This document shows, in pieces, positions 25,471 to 38,523 of a DNA stretch of 64,000 bases. Source of the stretch: Priapulus caudatus. Its lineage: Eukaryota. A program made the translations under genes and the position numbers. The notes beneath the pieces are model-generated. The model saw only the letters and a program-made list of their open reading frames with translations, had not been told where the DNA came from and did no database searches. The stretch is from positions 186,001 through 250,000 of the forward strand of contig NW_014577076.1 in assembly GCF_000485595.1 (NCBI RefSeq), given 5' to 3'. Numbering within the stretch: position 1 is the stretch's first letter; each line of letters begins with the position of its first letter.

Positions 25471-27075
25471 TAGCTGGGCTACCCGGCGATGCCCGGGATT
25501 AAAGAGCTAGAATTTAGTCTGCTATGACGGCTGTACTGATCTTATTCGGATTTTATAAATCTGTGCCAATAATTTCACTTCTGGTCAGTTCTGCAGCACT
25601 TCTTGGTACACAACATTCTTGGTCTTGCCATCTTGAGAGAGGATGAAGAGGTTGTCTGGGTTACCCACCCTGGAGCACCCCACATAGAGCTGGCCATGGG
25701 AGAACACTGGCTCACTGAGGTTGAATCCAACCACCTTGAGGGACTGGCCCTGGGCCTTGTTGATGGACATGGCAAAGGTTAGCTTGACTGGAAACTGCAG
25801 CTTCTTGAACTGAAATGGCAGGTCTGATGGGATGAGCGGGATCCTTGGGATGAAGACATTTTCGCCCTTGCCCTTGCCTGTCATGACTTTGGCTTCGATG
25901 ACTCTGGGCATGAACTGCTTCACTGTGAGCCTTGTGCCGTTGCAGAGCTTGGGAGCATCCAGGTTGCGCATTAGCAATATGGGCGCGCCGACCTTGAGCA
26001 CCAAGTTGTGTGGTAGCAGACCTGAAGGCGCCAGGCTGTTGAGAAACTCGGTCGGATAGTGCATGACCTGGTGAGGATCAGGAACTGTGTTCATCGAGTT
26101 GTAGCTGGTTGGGTCGCCAGGCAGTTGCTCCAGCAGCTTGGCGTTGATGTCATCCATGGCCAAATTCTTGGGAGCAAGGATGGCTCGCTCGCTCAGCCAG
26201 TCTTGGTCTTGGTAGCGGAGGTGGAGGTATGGGAAGACTTTGGTCATCAGCTGAGTGATGTCCGCCGCTGCGTTGCTGAATGGCAGCTTGACTTGGCCAT
26301 CAGCTGTGGTGGTGAGTCTGCTATTGCCGACCTCCAGCAGTTGTTGAGAGAAGCGGCCAGCTTTTTCATTGCCACTGAGCTGCACCGTCATGTTGGTCTT
26401 CAGGCTGTGGCGGTTCACCTCTCTCCAGAGGTACGACGACTTGATGCAGGCATTGACAGCATCTGCTCTTGTTCCTTTGGCGATGACTGGCAAGGTTTGG
26501 CGAAAGTCGCCTGAGAGCAGGACAGTCACACCTCCCATGACGTTTGTGTTGTGCCGAAGGTCTTGTAGGGTGTTGTCGAGTGCTTCAAAGGCGCCTTTGT
26601 GGCTCATTGGTTGCCTCGTCCCAGATGATGAGCTTGCACTCTTGGAACAGCTTGGCCTTTGTGGAGCCACGGCTGATGTTGCAGGTTGGATTTTGCCGCT
26701 TTGCCAGGTTGAATGGCAGCTTGAAGGCCGAGTGAGCAGTGCGCCCTCCGTCCAGCAGGGTGCCAACAATGCCGCTTGAAGCAACTGCCAGGGCAATCTT
26801 TCTCGTCTGCCTGACCATGGCCAGAAGAAGGTTGGTAACGAAGGTGTTGCCTGTTCCGCCAGGAGCGTCGAGGAAGAAGAGGCCGCTACGTTTTTTTTCA
26901 ATTTTTTTTAATCAAATTTTGTGGGTCAAATTTTTTGGTCAAATTTGTTTGGCCTAAAATGGTCGTCGCGTCATGCTGATTCAGAATATATATGGTGTTG
27001 GGGGTTACCTTTTACGGGGGGGGGGAGAAGATAGACAGACAGACCGAAAAACAGACTCGCCCTTTATGTAAGAGA
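25470..27075 (-). mobile_element. Internally deleted Helitron, 1606 bp, both termini intact
   Basis: Minus strand begins A|TCTCTTACATAAAGGGCGAG and ends CCCGGGCATCGCCGGG-8 nt-CTAG|T. It sits in an (AT)n tract without a TSD and contains only the helicase part of RepHel. Confidence 0.92.
25585..26887 (-). pseudogene. Helitron PIF1-family (SF1B) helicase domain, 5'-truncated and frameshifted
   Basis: Motifs FFLDAPGGTGNT (Walker A K>N), AVASSGI, GRTAHS, IIWDEA, GDFRQTLPV, MRNL..KLCNGTRL, QFPVKLTFAMSINKAQGQSL and FSHGQLYVGCSRV. A +1 frameshift near 26608 joins ORFs 26585-26818 and 25585-26901. Confidence 0.95.
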
Positions 27076-28329
27076 TATATATACGTGATAGTTGGACGTG
27101 TAATTGTCACGCAGAACTTTGCAGACCGCGCAAATGCAGATAGTGCTTGAAATTGGAATTGTCTCATCGAGCAGCATGCGATGCCGAGCGACAGATGCGT
27201 GCCACGAGGGGAGGCTGATGATGAACCCGACATGATGCAAACGACTGCGTCCGATGTTTGATTAGGCTGTTTCGCTGAGCTCTTTTGCGTATCGATTGCC
27301 AGTTCGCCTCCTACGCTGTCCACGGCTACGTGCGTAGTTGGTCGCGCCTGTCTCAGCTCAGTCTTAGGCGCTTTACAGATCGAGTTTTTTTCGATTTATA
27401 GCGATTTTTTTGGAAATCTCGCGATTTCAATTAGTATTTTCGGTTTGCAGGCGAACCGGACATTTTGAGGGTGTGCACCAAGAACACAATCGCCATATAT
27501 AGATTCTCAATTTGTTCGCGTTGCAAGGGTGCTATATTGGCTTGTGACTGGCCTCCTCCATGTATAGGACATTGCTTGAATGACGAGAGTTATTTGCTGA
27601 GCAAACTGAACACTATTTACAGTGGCTTTTGTGTGCATATTTCATTACGGTTTCGCTAAAAATGAGATTTTATTATATCGAGTTTGATAATCAAATTATG
27701 TTAATTATTCAGTCTTGCCAGCTAATGGAAAGGATTGCGCGAAACCGCCAGCTAGGGAGCAGCGCCTCCGTCGCGCCGGTCCGTAGGCCCCCTACGTCTG
27801 ATGTGTGGGCTTTTCATTTAGTTTTGTGCGGAGGAAATGAAGTGGCTGTTGCGTCACTGCCTGGAGCATAGCTGGCCGGCTCTTAACTTGTCCACTTTTT
27901 AATTACGCGACATACCCTTAGACGTTATTTTTTGCCAATTACTCAAAATTGTTCAGTGCCGCTGGACGGAGAAAGTGTTTCTCGGACGGCAATTTAATCA
28001 GGAGCACCTTTGTGCGTGTCGAAATCTCAATTTGCATGCCACAAAGCCATGCTTTAAACCAGGCGATCTCAGCGGAGTCTCTTCTGGTGGTGTTTCCTAG
28101 TACACCCCCAGGCGTGAGTTGTTTTTGAACTGTTGGGAATACAAATGGGAATTACCTTTCATCTTCAAAAACGTCACAAGCTGATTAAGAGGGCGGGGAT
28201 TACAACCCGGTCTCTCCACGTCACAGATATGGCAAAAGCGATGACGAATTTCTGATCAGAAGATTCTATTCATCAAATCATTCATCATTAGTCAGGTTTC
28301 TATTCATCGCTATTGCGCATATGCATAGC

Positions 28330-28345
28330 TATGAGTTTTATTCCG

Positions 28346-28409
<64 letters not shown>
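28330..28409. repeat. (CA)n microsatellite
   Basis: Read directly. Confidence 0.97.
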
Positions 28410-28410
<1 letters not shown>

Positions 28411-31400
28411 CTCTACAAGCTCACACCCATTGCTGAGGCAATGTCGAGAGCGGAAAGTGCTTCATGAATGGCAAGTTCCATGCCTTGATTAATGTTCCCT
28501 AACAGAATTTTGCGCGGACAGTTACCTATACGCTGCGCTGATGAAAAGGCCAGGCGTGCCAGCGTGCAGCTGGTTTCGTGTAACGCGCCGCATTTTCTGG
28601 CTAAACACTTTCTGAGGGTTTCACACACTTACGTACGCGGCCGAACGCTGTGAGTGCGATCGATCTTAGCGGAGCTGTAGTAAACATTTCCGCGAAGTTT
28701 TTTTCCTGCTTGCTAGCATTTGTCCGCGAGGAGATGAAAAACGCTCGTCGGACGACCCCATCTTCCTTTACGCCTCTTTTCTATCTAGTTTGGTGCGGGC
28801 GCTATATATACGCTCAGCCGGGTAATAAATATTGCAACCGCGCGCAGCTTATAGGCGCTGATTGCGCTTTACATGAATACACACCGATTCCGAAGGTGCA
28901 ACGACGAAATGAATCGCATGATTAGGCCAGTCGCTATATCTGTTACGCGTCTATAGTCATTCTGAATTATTGACGTAGAAAGCACAAAGAAGCACGGTGG
29001 CTCAGAACAGGGTGTCTCTATTTCCATCAAACAAGTGCGTTGGACGCAGAATTTGGCTCATGCGTAGAGTTACGTTTTCGTTCTGGATGAGTATTGTCAG
29101 TAATATTACGTTGCAATATTTACGGTTATATAATATCTTCACAATCATATCCTTGATCGTGAAAAACGTGATGAGGCAAGAGTCGTACACAAGCAAAGAT
29201 GTATATGCGCAATACAGACTGGATATTGCTAGACGATGAAAAGGTACCCACATAAAGAATGAGGAATTTCAGCAAATATCGGAGAGGCTTTGAACGTCTC
29301 CGCTCGATAAGACAGTAATTGTCTGCTCATACAATGTACGTATGCGGTCTTTCTCCAACTCAAGTGCAATTTATGGCGATTTTAGAATATAAATTTTAGT
29401 AATCAGATTGTGAATGCAACTCTAGATCTTGCCTGCTACCGTTATTCTTCCAATTTGAATTCAGCGTATATATATCGGTGCTTTTAGTTTTACGAGAACA
29501 TAACAACGCTAATTAAAACCGGCTTTGTGTCTAGTCAGACTTCTCTTGATAGGGTGTATACGCTCTCGGTCATTGGTGACGTGAATGACCTTTTCATGAC
29601 GTATTTACTTCGAAATACTCTCCGCAATCATCCGTATAGTTGAATAAGCAATACGGAATTTATTTCGATATATTTCAGTACTTTGCTCGCTGATATGTTG
29701 CTGCACATTCATTTTCGTGCTACTTCCGGAGACACGTGCCCGTGCACCCACACATACGCACATACGAACGCACGCACACGTGCATGACGCAGCACGCTCG
29801 AAGCCCCCAACACAGTATTTGTGTGGGTGTGCGTGTGTGGGTGCGTGTGCGTATGCGTCTGTGTGCGTGTATTTGCGTGCAAAAGCGGGAGAGCGAAGCG
29901 AAAAGAAAAAAAAAGTACAAATATGAGTGAACTTGTCAAGTGTGTTAGGATCACAATGAAATTTCTTTGTATGCTCGTCTTTTAGTTTGACTGTTCGTTT
30001 AAAAATATAAAATGGTTTCATAATGAGTTTTCGTCTTGTTATTACTGGAGATTTCTATAACGCATAGTGATTGTATACAGCGAACCTTATCATAGAATGT
30101 ATTACATGGTAAATACAGTGCAATGCTTTAAAAACTCGTTTCACCAATATTAAATAATCAGACGTGGCTGCATGTACTATTCATGAATTACCAGAATGGC
30201 TCGTCCAATGTCTGTAATATTGCGAATGGTAATTTTTATAGGTTAAATTTTGCAGGAAGCTTCAAAGACACAGAATTATTCACTTTCATTTTCTCCGCCG
30301 GATACTTGTAGAGGATATATAGTATTTCAGTGTGCCACCGCCAAATCGTGCAAACGTTTTGTCAATATCTCTTAACGTTTCATTACTTTGTAATTTAAAA
30401 AACATTAAACATTAAATTTTCATGATTTTAATATTGTGCTGGCAAATTCTGTCAACGTAGATGCGGGCCAAACTAGTTGAGTTTTACCCTTAAAACCAAC
30501 GCACACCTGTTACCATAGTGTATCATTCATCGTATTATTCGGTTTTGGTTCAATATTTTTTGAGTAGCAGCAGGTCGACTATCTTGAATGTCTGGGAAGC
30601 AAACATTTGCCATTTTCTTTTTTTTTCTTTTCCGTATAATATCATGACATTCTTGCAGGATTGTAGTACACGTCTGCTAGAAACTTTCGCAACAGGCCTG
30701 GCCGGTGCTGTCTCTTCTGTTATTGTTGCTATAGCAACCTAGCTAGTTCGCATTTTGAGCTGATCGAACGCAGTGAAACAGAGCGCATGTATTGCCACTA
30801 AGGACCGTCCTACCATCTGTGCGTGCGCTCATCCACACGTCATCGAATCTTAAACGGCTTCAGCGTTTTACAGTGGCTACATTCTGCCCGGGGCAATCCT
30901 TAATATCAGGTCGAAACCGGAGCTCACTGATCGAATGTTGCTGCTTGAATAATACGTATGCGATTTCAAAGCAACTCGGGGCGTATGAGAGACGTGATAC
31001 ACGCACCTATACGCGTTTACAGCGCAAATGTGAATGGCTTCACCAGTGGCGTCTCTAGCTGCGCGAGGTATCTTCTTGTCATGGGCCATCTTCGCTGAGA
31101 AAATAGAGGCATAAAAGCCGAGGAACTCTAGGTTAGAGGGGAGCACTTTACGAGAACATCGTGTGACCGACTCACTGTAAAACTCTCTCGGTTTCAGGAC
31201 TAACGCATTTACGACTTAACTCTAAAGGTTAAGAAGTTGACTTACTACTGATACTGATACAGGCTCATAGTGAAAAATTGCATCCTTGGATATAAACATA
31301 GATATCACTAATTTAAAGGTCCGGGTCAAGCGACCACACAGTCTTTTTCAGAAAGTGATCTGATAGCCAACGTATGATACTTGCTACTAATTCTGTTTCA

Positions 31401-31825
31401 GATATTAAAATGCTTGCTATTCTTACATGCACGCTTTTTTAGCATTCTGAACCTCAATAGAATGCATAACAATTTATTAGTTTATTCTCGCAAGAGCTGA
31501 AATTGTGTTTGCAGCTATGTGTCGACGCACGCGTGTTCAATGTACACATCTGCAATTTTAGATTGTAATTTCATTATTAAAATTTGTAAAAGGGAAATAA
31601 TAAAGTTTGACATGAAAATAATTCAGCGTGATTCGTCATAAATCTGACATAAATTTGATATAATTTGACATAAAATTATAAATCGCCGGCTTACTGACTA
31701 CTCGCTAAGTCTATGCGCTGCACTCGCTCCAGCAGACTCACCAATGTGAAACTCAAGATGATTAAAATAAGTTGAAGTACACGAAGTGGAAGTACAATGA
31801 GAAGTTGGTTGTTGTCATCGCTGCT

Positions 31826-31944
31826 GCAGTAGCAGTAGCAGTGGCAATAGTAGTAGCAGTGGCAATAGTAGTAGCAGTAGCAGTGTCAGTAGCAGTAGCA
31901 GTAGCAGTAGCAGTAGCAGTAGCAGCAGCAGCAGCAGCAGTAGT

Positions 31945-31976
<32 letters not shown>

Positions 31977-32380
31977 CAGTAGCAGCGGCAGTAGCAGTAG
32001 TAGCAGCAGCAGCAGCAGCAGTAGTAGCAGTAGTAGTAGCAGCAGCAGTAGCAGTAGCAGCAGCAGTAGCAGTAGCAGCAGCAGCAGTAGTGGTAGTTAA
32101 GTAGTAGTAGCAGTAGTAGCAGCAGCAGCAGCAGCAGCGGCAGTAGCAGTAGCAGCAGCAGCAGTAGTGGTAGTTAAGTAGTAGTAGCAGCAGCAGCAGC
32201 AGTAGCAGCAGAAACGGCGTCGATATTAGTAGTTGCAGCATCAATAGCAGTAGCAGGCAGTAACATTAGCAGCAGTGGCGGCGGCGGCGGCGGCGGCGGC
32301 GAATACGGTGGCGGTGACGGTGACAGTGGCGGTGGCGGTGACGGTGACAGTGGCGCTGGTGGTGGCGGCAGCGGTAGCAG
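31826..32380. repeat. Compound (CAG/TAG)n then (GGC)/(GGTGAC)-rich microsatellite
   Basis: Read directly; includes local block duplications such as GTAGTGGTAGTTAAGTAGTAGTAGCAG twice. Confidence 0.95.
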
Positions 32381-33733
32381 AAGCGCAATATACTGTAGTA
32401 TTTTGCATGAACTGTGCTTGAAGTTGAAAAATGATTGGCCACTGGCTGTGCTTCAGTATGTATATTCAGTATTCCAGTATGTGCACTGTAACTGCATCAG
32501 TAGTAATGGTTGAAAACACCTGTAAGAGAAACTATTGCTTCAAGGCCTGTTTAAAAATCGTAAATTACAGTATAACGTAATAACTAGTACTGACATTTGT
32601 AATCCAATATCAGTGACGTACGCTTTCTGTATGTGTATTCGTCTACAATGCCCTGTTTCCGAATTCCGTCACAGAAAATCGCTTCCCGGTGGTCTGACAG
32701 GGAGTTAGATGTCAAATCTCCTCACTGTACACTTTGGACGGTTAGGAGAGAAATCGACAACTGTTTGTAATGACAGGTGTGCGTGTACCTGTGCTAATAA
32801 AAGTGCTCTCTTTTCATCATATATGCATAAACAAGCATAGCTTTGGAAGTTCCAATGTAAGTAGGTTCGCGTGCCTATTGTTCAGGCTCTAAGCACGCAA
32901 TGCAGTGTCGTTAGTGTTTTATGAAAAACGGTAAAATTTATAAATCCTCGGCGCACCCCCCCCCCGCCCAATAATGACTGTCACTGGGATTGTAGGAATC
33001 GCCAAGCAATCATTTCATACAGTGAACTTCATTAATGCTGCAGCAAAGGTCATCGTACAGCCCGTGGGCGCGTTGAAAGCCAGTGCGAGAACAATGCGTG
33101 AAGGCTCGGCTTAATTCTTTTTAAGGCTTAAATCTTTGCTTATTTCGATATGATTGCCTGTATGTAGAGCTTGCTCATCGAGCAGCCGCCGGGGGGATGA
33201 CACATGCGCTGGTGTGTCGGCGCGTCAATGCTTCGTCAGCAGGTTCGTTTTACGACGTTATACAACATTTCATTTCCGGATGCACTCGTAGTTTCGAATG
33301 CGAAGTACGTCTGCAGGCAGAAATGCTGGTGACAGACAATGGCTTGTTTATTTTTTTACTGCATAGATCACTGGGTGATTTCTACACGAGTCACGTGCAC
33401 ACTGCGTACGAGGCCGTAGGTGTTTAACCGCATCCAGCGTTCGGCTTTACAGTTTTCCCTAAATTCGATTGCAAATGGATTACAACAACATGTTACCACT
33501 AGTGATGGTAATTTGGCGAGAAGGATTTATGAGGCTCTCGTTTAATTAAATAAATGCCGTCTGACTAATTATATGGTCGTTATTATATGTATTTATTATA
33601 CAGCGTAACTCATGGGTACGCTAGCGTAGGCCTATAGTAATCGATGCAGAGTGAGCCTGTGGCATGTATTATGTAATCTTTGCTCGTAGTGTTTAAGACA
33701 CTCATATGGGCGCGTGTGGTTCACGTGGCTCGG

Positions 33734-34077
33734 TTAGGCCATAATAAAAATATTGTTTGTTTGCTCACCCTCACCCGACCGACCCGCCAAAAAGGGGCCG
33801 ACTCGAAAATATTTATTGATCTTTCCCATTCTTTTTTTTTTACAAATTGTATCGCTGTACATTATATAAATCTGTAGGCAATACATTATATGTACCAAGC
33901 AAAACAAACATTCAACATAAAAGGCATCTCCACACAAGCATACTCGAGCATGTAGACACCATGCTGAATTTGTAAAAAGACCGTCCTCGAAAAAAATAAA
34001 AAGCCTACTTACCTATCCAAACTTCTCAGCCTGGGTCGGGTGAGGACAAAGAAAGAATTTTTTAAATTCTGGCCTTA
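33734..34077. mobile_element. Crypton-like non-autonomous element
   Basis: Ends TTAGGCCA... / ...TGGCCTTA, with subterminal inverted CCTCACCCGACC / GGTCGGGTGAGG and no TSD. The layout matches my recollection of non-autonomous Cryptons. Confidence 0.65.
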
Positions 34078-34292
34078 CGTTGCGTGGAACATGGCCGCTG
34101 CGAGGCATGACGCGATAACGTTACACGTGTACTAATCGGTTTGTGGTCAATTCGTCCAAATAGATTAGGTTCGTATCGGTGACATCAGAGGGGCAGATCA
34201 GACTGATCGACGTGCCCGGGGTTACGTCATGTGCAGCGTGTATCTCTGCACGCTGTCGGCTACGCTCGACGTCGGCGCGTGACCCACCATGC

Positions 34293-34374
34293 TAGCTCTA
34301 GTACTATAGCCCGCGTTCAGTAACTGCCGCAGGCCTGCGGCAGTTACTGAACGCGGGCTATAGTACTAGAGCTA
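34293..34374. mobile_element. 82-bp perfect palindrome transposon with 9-bp TSD (AcademH-like non-autonomous)
   Basis: 41+41 bp perfect palindrome with no loop; CCACCATGC duplicated at 34284-34292 and 34375-34383. Confidence 0.9.
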
Positions 34375-34462
34375 CCACCATGCATGACTGTCTACGACAC
34401 CTCTATACCTGAACGCGCTCGGCAGACATTCCGCAATACAGCAAGACATACATAACCGGAGA

Positions 34463-34516
<54 letters not shown>

Positions 34517-34990
34517 CAGAGGCCGAATCTTCACCATGCACATTTTATCACCCACTCTGACGTAAGAGTTCGCAGCGTCTTCGGGACGACGGGGGCGTCG
34601 TTTCAGCTTGCAGCCAACCTCCACTATACACGGTCGCTCGGCACTCGATGTTCGGACGCTCTCGTGTTCAGGCCACACTTTACCGTAGGTCATCAGCCAG
34701 CGGGGACCCTCTCGACACGTCTGGCTCGCCGAGCTTATTCAACGTCGGTTGATGGCGCCCGTGTCTAGACAGATAATTCAGATCGAGATCGTCACTGCAT
34801 TCGCGGGTGATGTTTAGTGAGCACACGGTGGGCACAAGGCCGATGCCCGCTGCGTGACGAGCGGATGAGTGTACGTCACTTATTCGTTGCAGGTGGAGTG
34901 AGCTTCTGTCGTGTATGAGATCTTATAATTTCTCTCTGCTTCGATCGTTTTCTCCCCTGCGTTGCAATGCCTCGCCTCGCCTCACCCCTA

Positions 34991-35048
<58 letters not shown>

Positions 35049-35053
35049 ATCTC

Positions 35054-35088
<35 letters not shown>

Positions 35089-35195
35089 CCCTCTCTCTTT
35101 CTCTCTTTTTCTCTTTCTTTCTCTGTCTGTCTGACACACGAACGCGCTCTTGTTCTCTCTGCCTTCCTTCTCTCTTCTCTTCTCTCTCTCTCTCT

Positions 35196-35267
<72 letters not shown>

Positions 35268-35300
35268 GCTCTCTCGCTCTCTCGCTCTCTCGCTCTCTCT
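34991..35300. repeat. Degenerate (CT)n tract
   Basis: Read directly. Confidence 0.95.
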
Positions 35301-37287
35301 GTCACTCTTTCTATTTAAATCCGTACTTCTCCGTCGCTGGCCGCTCGCACGCGAGTTTTGACGCAGAATGAAGCTGCAGCTTCTACCGGTGCTGCTGCTG
35401 CTGCTGCAGCGACGAGTAGATGCTCATGTCCTGCTGCTGCTGCTGCTGCATGCCACAGTCGCACAAGCATCCCCCTGCTGAACAAACTTGGGTTAATGCC
35501 GACCGTACCAAATGTACCGCATCAGCGGGGGTGGCAGGTTAGTGGGGCAGCCAACGACGAAAACAAGGCGATGCGCGAGTGAGTGTCTGTGTTCACCTGC
35601 CCTGAGGGGCGCCAACCCAAACAGGCTGGGCGAGGTGTACTAGATGATCTGACGTAATTCGGTGGGGGTGGGGGTCATGATCGATAAACAATCCATCGCT
35701 GTTGCAGTTTTTCGTGATGAAGCTGGATTTGCAGGATGCTGGTAATTTGCATGCGTCGTCCCGGTTCTAACAGCAGTCAGCTGAAGCTACTAATGCGTAT
35801 CTTGGTTATGACATGATCAATTCATGGATCGTGAATTTAGATTACTCATGTTTATAAACGCGGTGGCTTTTCAATGAATGATTTTACGCAAGAAAAAAAG
35901 CCACGGTTTATTAACAGATGGCACGCATGGTTTGAATACTAAATCTTCAATAGTAAATAAACTAGTGAATAATTGTGAAGTGTGTGTATGCGTGTACGTG
36001 TGTGTGCGCGTGTGTGTGTGTGCGCGCGTGCGAAGTATATTTACTATGTTATGCAGCTTAAATTGCGTCTGTTGTGTAATACACCTGAATCTATCCGTCA
36101 TATAGTTGTGTGACAATGTATGTGAGGCTGCATGTCACAGAGAAATTTATGCACAATTTGTTATATGAAACGTTTATGTACAAAGATGATAACGCCATGG
36201 ATGTAATAGTGTTCAATAAGATTTGCCTCGCTATTGATTATATTTAGCATTACACATGTTCACATATTTATTAAATAAGATATGTAAATAGAAACACAAT
36301 TTCCTTATATGGGTAAGTATAGAAGCAGAATTTCTTAAACAGCTCAGGGACACGGAGATTGCATTTCTTTCACTTGTTTTACATTCCGCAAAAACCATTA
36401 GCGATTTGTGATTTTTTTTTCTGATATAAAGCAGCTGTTGACACCTGTGTCGTATCTGCTAGGAACATCATCAGTAATCTGCATTCTATTGTGCTCGAGT
36501 ATGACCTAATTGCATAAAGAAATCGAAAAAAAAGATTTCGTTGACAACGAGGCGGTTTAAAAAATATAATGGGACCAACGATGAAAATGGCTCGCCGAGA
36601 AAGAGAGTCGTTTGTCCACGCCTGCGCCTCGCACATTAATTGAGACTCATGTCCCGCCTGCTGTTGCTAACGAAGCAGCAATGATTGCAACGCCTCATTT
36701 ACGGTTGAACAATCCCCGTCGGAGACGGTCGGGGTTTAACGGTGACAGACCCCCGGGGGAAAACGTTGCCTGCACCACCCAACACTATGTACTTACGTTG
36801 ATTGAAATCTTCCCGATGTAATGGAGGTTTAGTGCTTAATTCCAAGTATGAATATGATGGAAGTCATTATGTTTGGCTAAGCGCTCCTCTTCTGTGATCG
36901 GTGTGAGCCTGTAGTTCTTGGTGTTTGTACGCGCTGGCACGACTAGAGTAATAGATTGAAAACTTGAACATATCAAATTTAGTTGTGTGCTGTTTTCCTC
37001 CATGTGTCAACAAAGTCGATTTAGGTTCGGCGATTCGGTTCAATATTCTTCACGTTCATACAGCTTCCTTCGATCAGCTATATACATGTGGCTGTAGACA
37101 CGTGCTGGTACGATGCACACGCAGCTTCAATTAGTAACCTCCACGTTTACATAGCTTTCTGCTGCATGGCGGTATACGGATATATCTTATAATAATTATG
37201 TGTTAAGTGGTTTTTTGTGGTTTTCTTTTCCCCGTCTGTTTCTTAACCCCACACTCCCTCGTCTGCCATCGTCCCCACCCCTCTCTT

Positions 37288-37324
<37 letters not shown>

Positions 37325-38454
37325 GCTTTCTTCACCCTCTCTTCCTCCCCTCTTTCGTTATCGCCATCCGATGTCACCCTCCTATCTCCCACCCCCTCTT
37401 TATTCTTTTCGCTCTTCCTTTTCCCATATTTATATATATCACACTCTGTCGCTGCCTTTATCCTTCTCTCCCTCTCCTCTTTCTTTCTTTTTTGAAAAAT
37501 AAGAGGTGTCCGTCTTTCTGGATTGCCACTAATCTTGTTGTCGCACATATTTAATGTTCTTTCTGTCAACACTGTTCTGTCTACACTTTATGGACAAGTT
37601 GTTCGTGTTGACAATCAAATTATCTGATAAAATTTTTACTCATTATATTTTTCACGCTAAGAACTTAATGCAGCGGCTCGTGACTTCAAATGCGGGACAG
37701 CATCAGTGTTTTTAATGGAAAAGGGGACGGACAGGCAGTAGAGTGTGATGCCAGAATCCTCGTGATCATTATCACAATGGTTTCTAATTAACTGTCACTT
37801 GCATAGTGCAAACATTGCACGTTGGCAAGGGAGTTTTTGGCAGCCGTATGGGCTCAAACATGGCGCATTATATTTCCTATATTTTTTAATCTACCAAATT
37901 CACCCCTTGTAATATGACACTTTAATCACGGCATCAATTGTGTGGCTAATTTAAACCAAAGATGGCATCTTTCATTATACAGTGTAATGCTTTTAGCCCG
38001 TCTTTGTCGAGAATTTTAATAAGCTGTCGAATATCACAACTATCTGCTAACAAACAGCGTGTCACGGGCAATGCATAGCTGCACCCTTCAAACTTGTTTC
38101 TCCCCGCACGTACTAAACTGGTTTAACGCCTGTTCTTATCTCTGCCTTATAATTCTCGTTCAAGATGTTTTCAGATAATGCGGCAAGCAGCATTGTTATT
38201 AAAGAAAGGACAAGATATTATATATCTTGTACAGATCATAAAATTTTATTTCACGGTCTATGGGGGAAAGCTGCCCTTCTTTGACAGAGTATAGCGCTGA
38301 GAACTTCGACTGTATGTCACCCACTGTGCACTAGTGAGAACCGCAGTCTACCATCTTCCTAAATGTTAGAACAGAATACATCCTTATCTGCAACTACATT
38401 ATTGTTTCCCGTCCCTCCATTAATACCCTGCGGCCCCACTCAACCACTAGATTC

Positions 38455-38523
38455 AATAATGTAATCCAAAAACAGGATATAGGCTCGCGTTGTAACCCTA
38501 TCCTGTGTTTGGGTTACATTATT
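38455..38523. repeat. 69-bp hairpin (25-bp arms, 2 mismatches)
   Basis: AATAATGTAATCCAAAAACAGGATA / TATCCTGTGTTTGGGTTACATTATT. Confidence 0.75.

Noticed and set aside
25585..26901. 438-aa ORF as an intact cellular PIF1 gene
   Set aside because: The first ~98 aa are off-frame, Walker A is mutated, there are no introns, and it lies between Helitron termini.
25832..26957. Plus-strand ORFs over the helicase
   Set aside because: Antisense shadows of GC-rich coding sequence.
30731..30747. 17-bp match ATAGCAACCTAGCTAGT to 60065-60081
   Set aside because: Too short to define an element; flanks do not extend.
31313..31420. TTAAAGGTCCGGGTCAAGCG possible Kolobok-like left end
   Set aside because: No matching right TIR found.
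31762..32244. Ala/Thr-rich antifreeze-like or Ala/Val ORFs
   Set aside because: Products of (CAG/TAG)n repeats; no splice or domain support.
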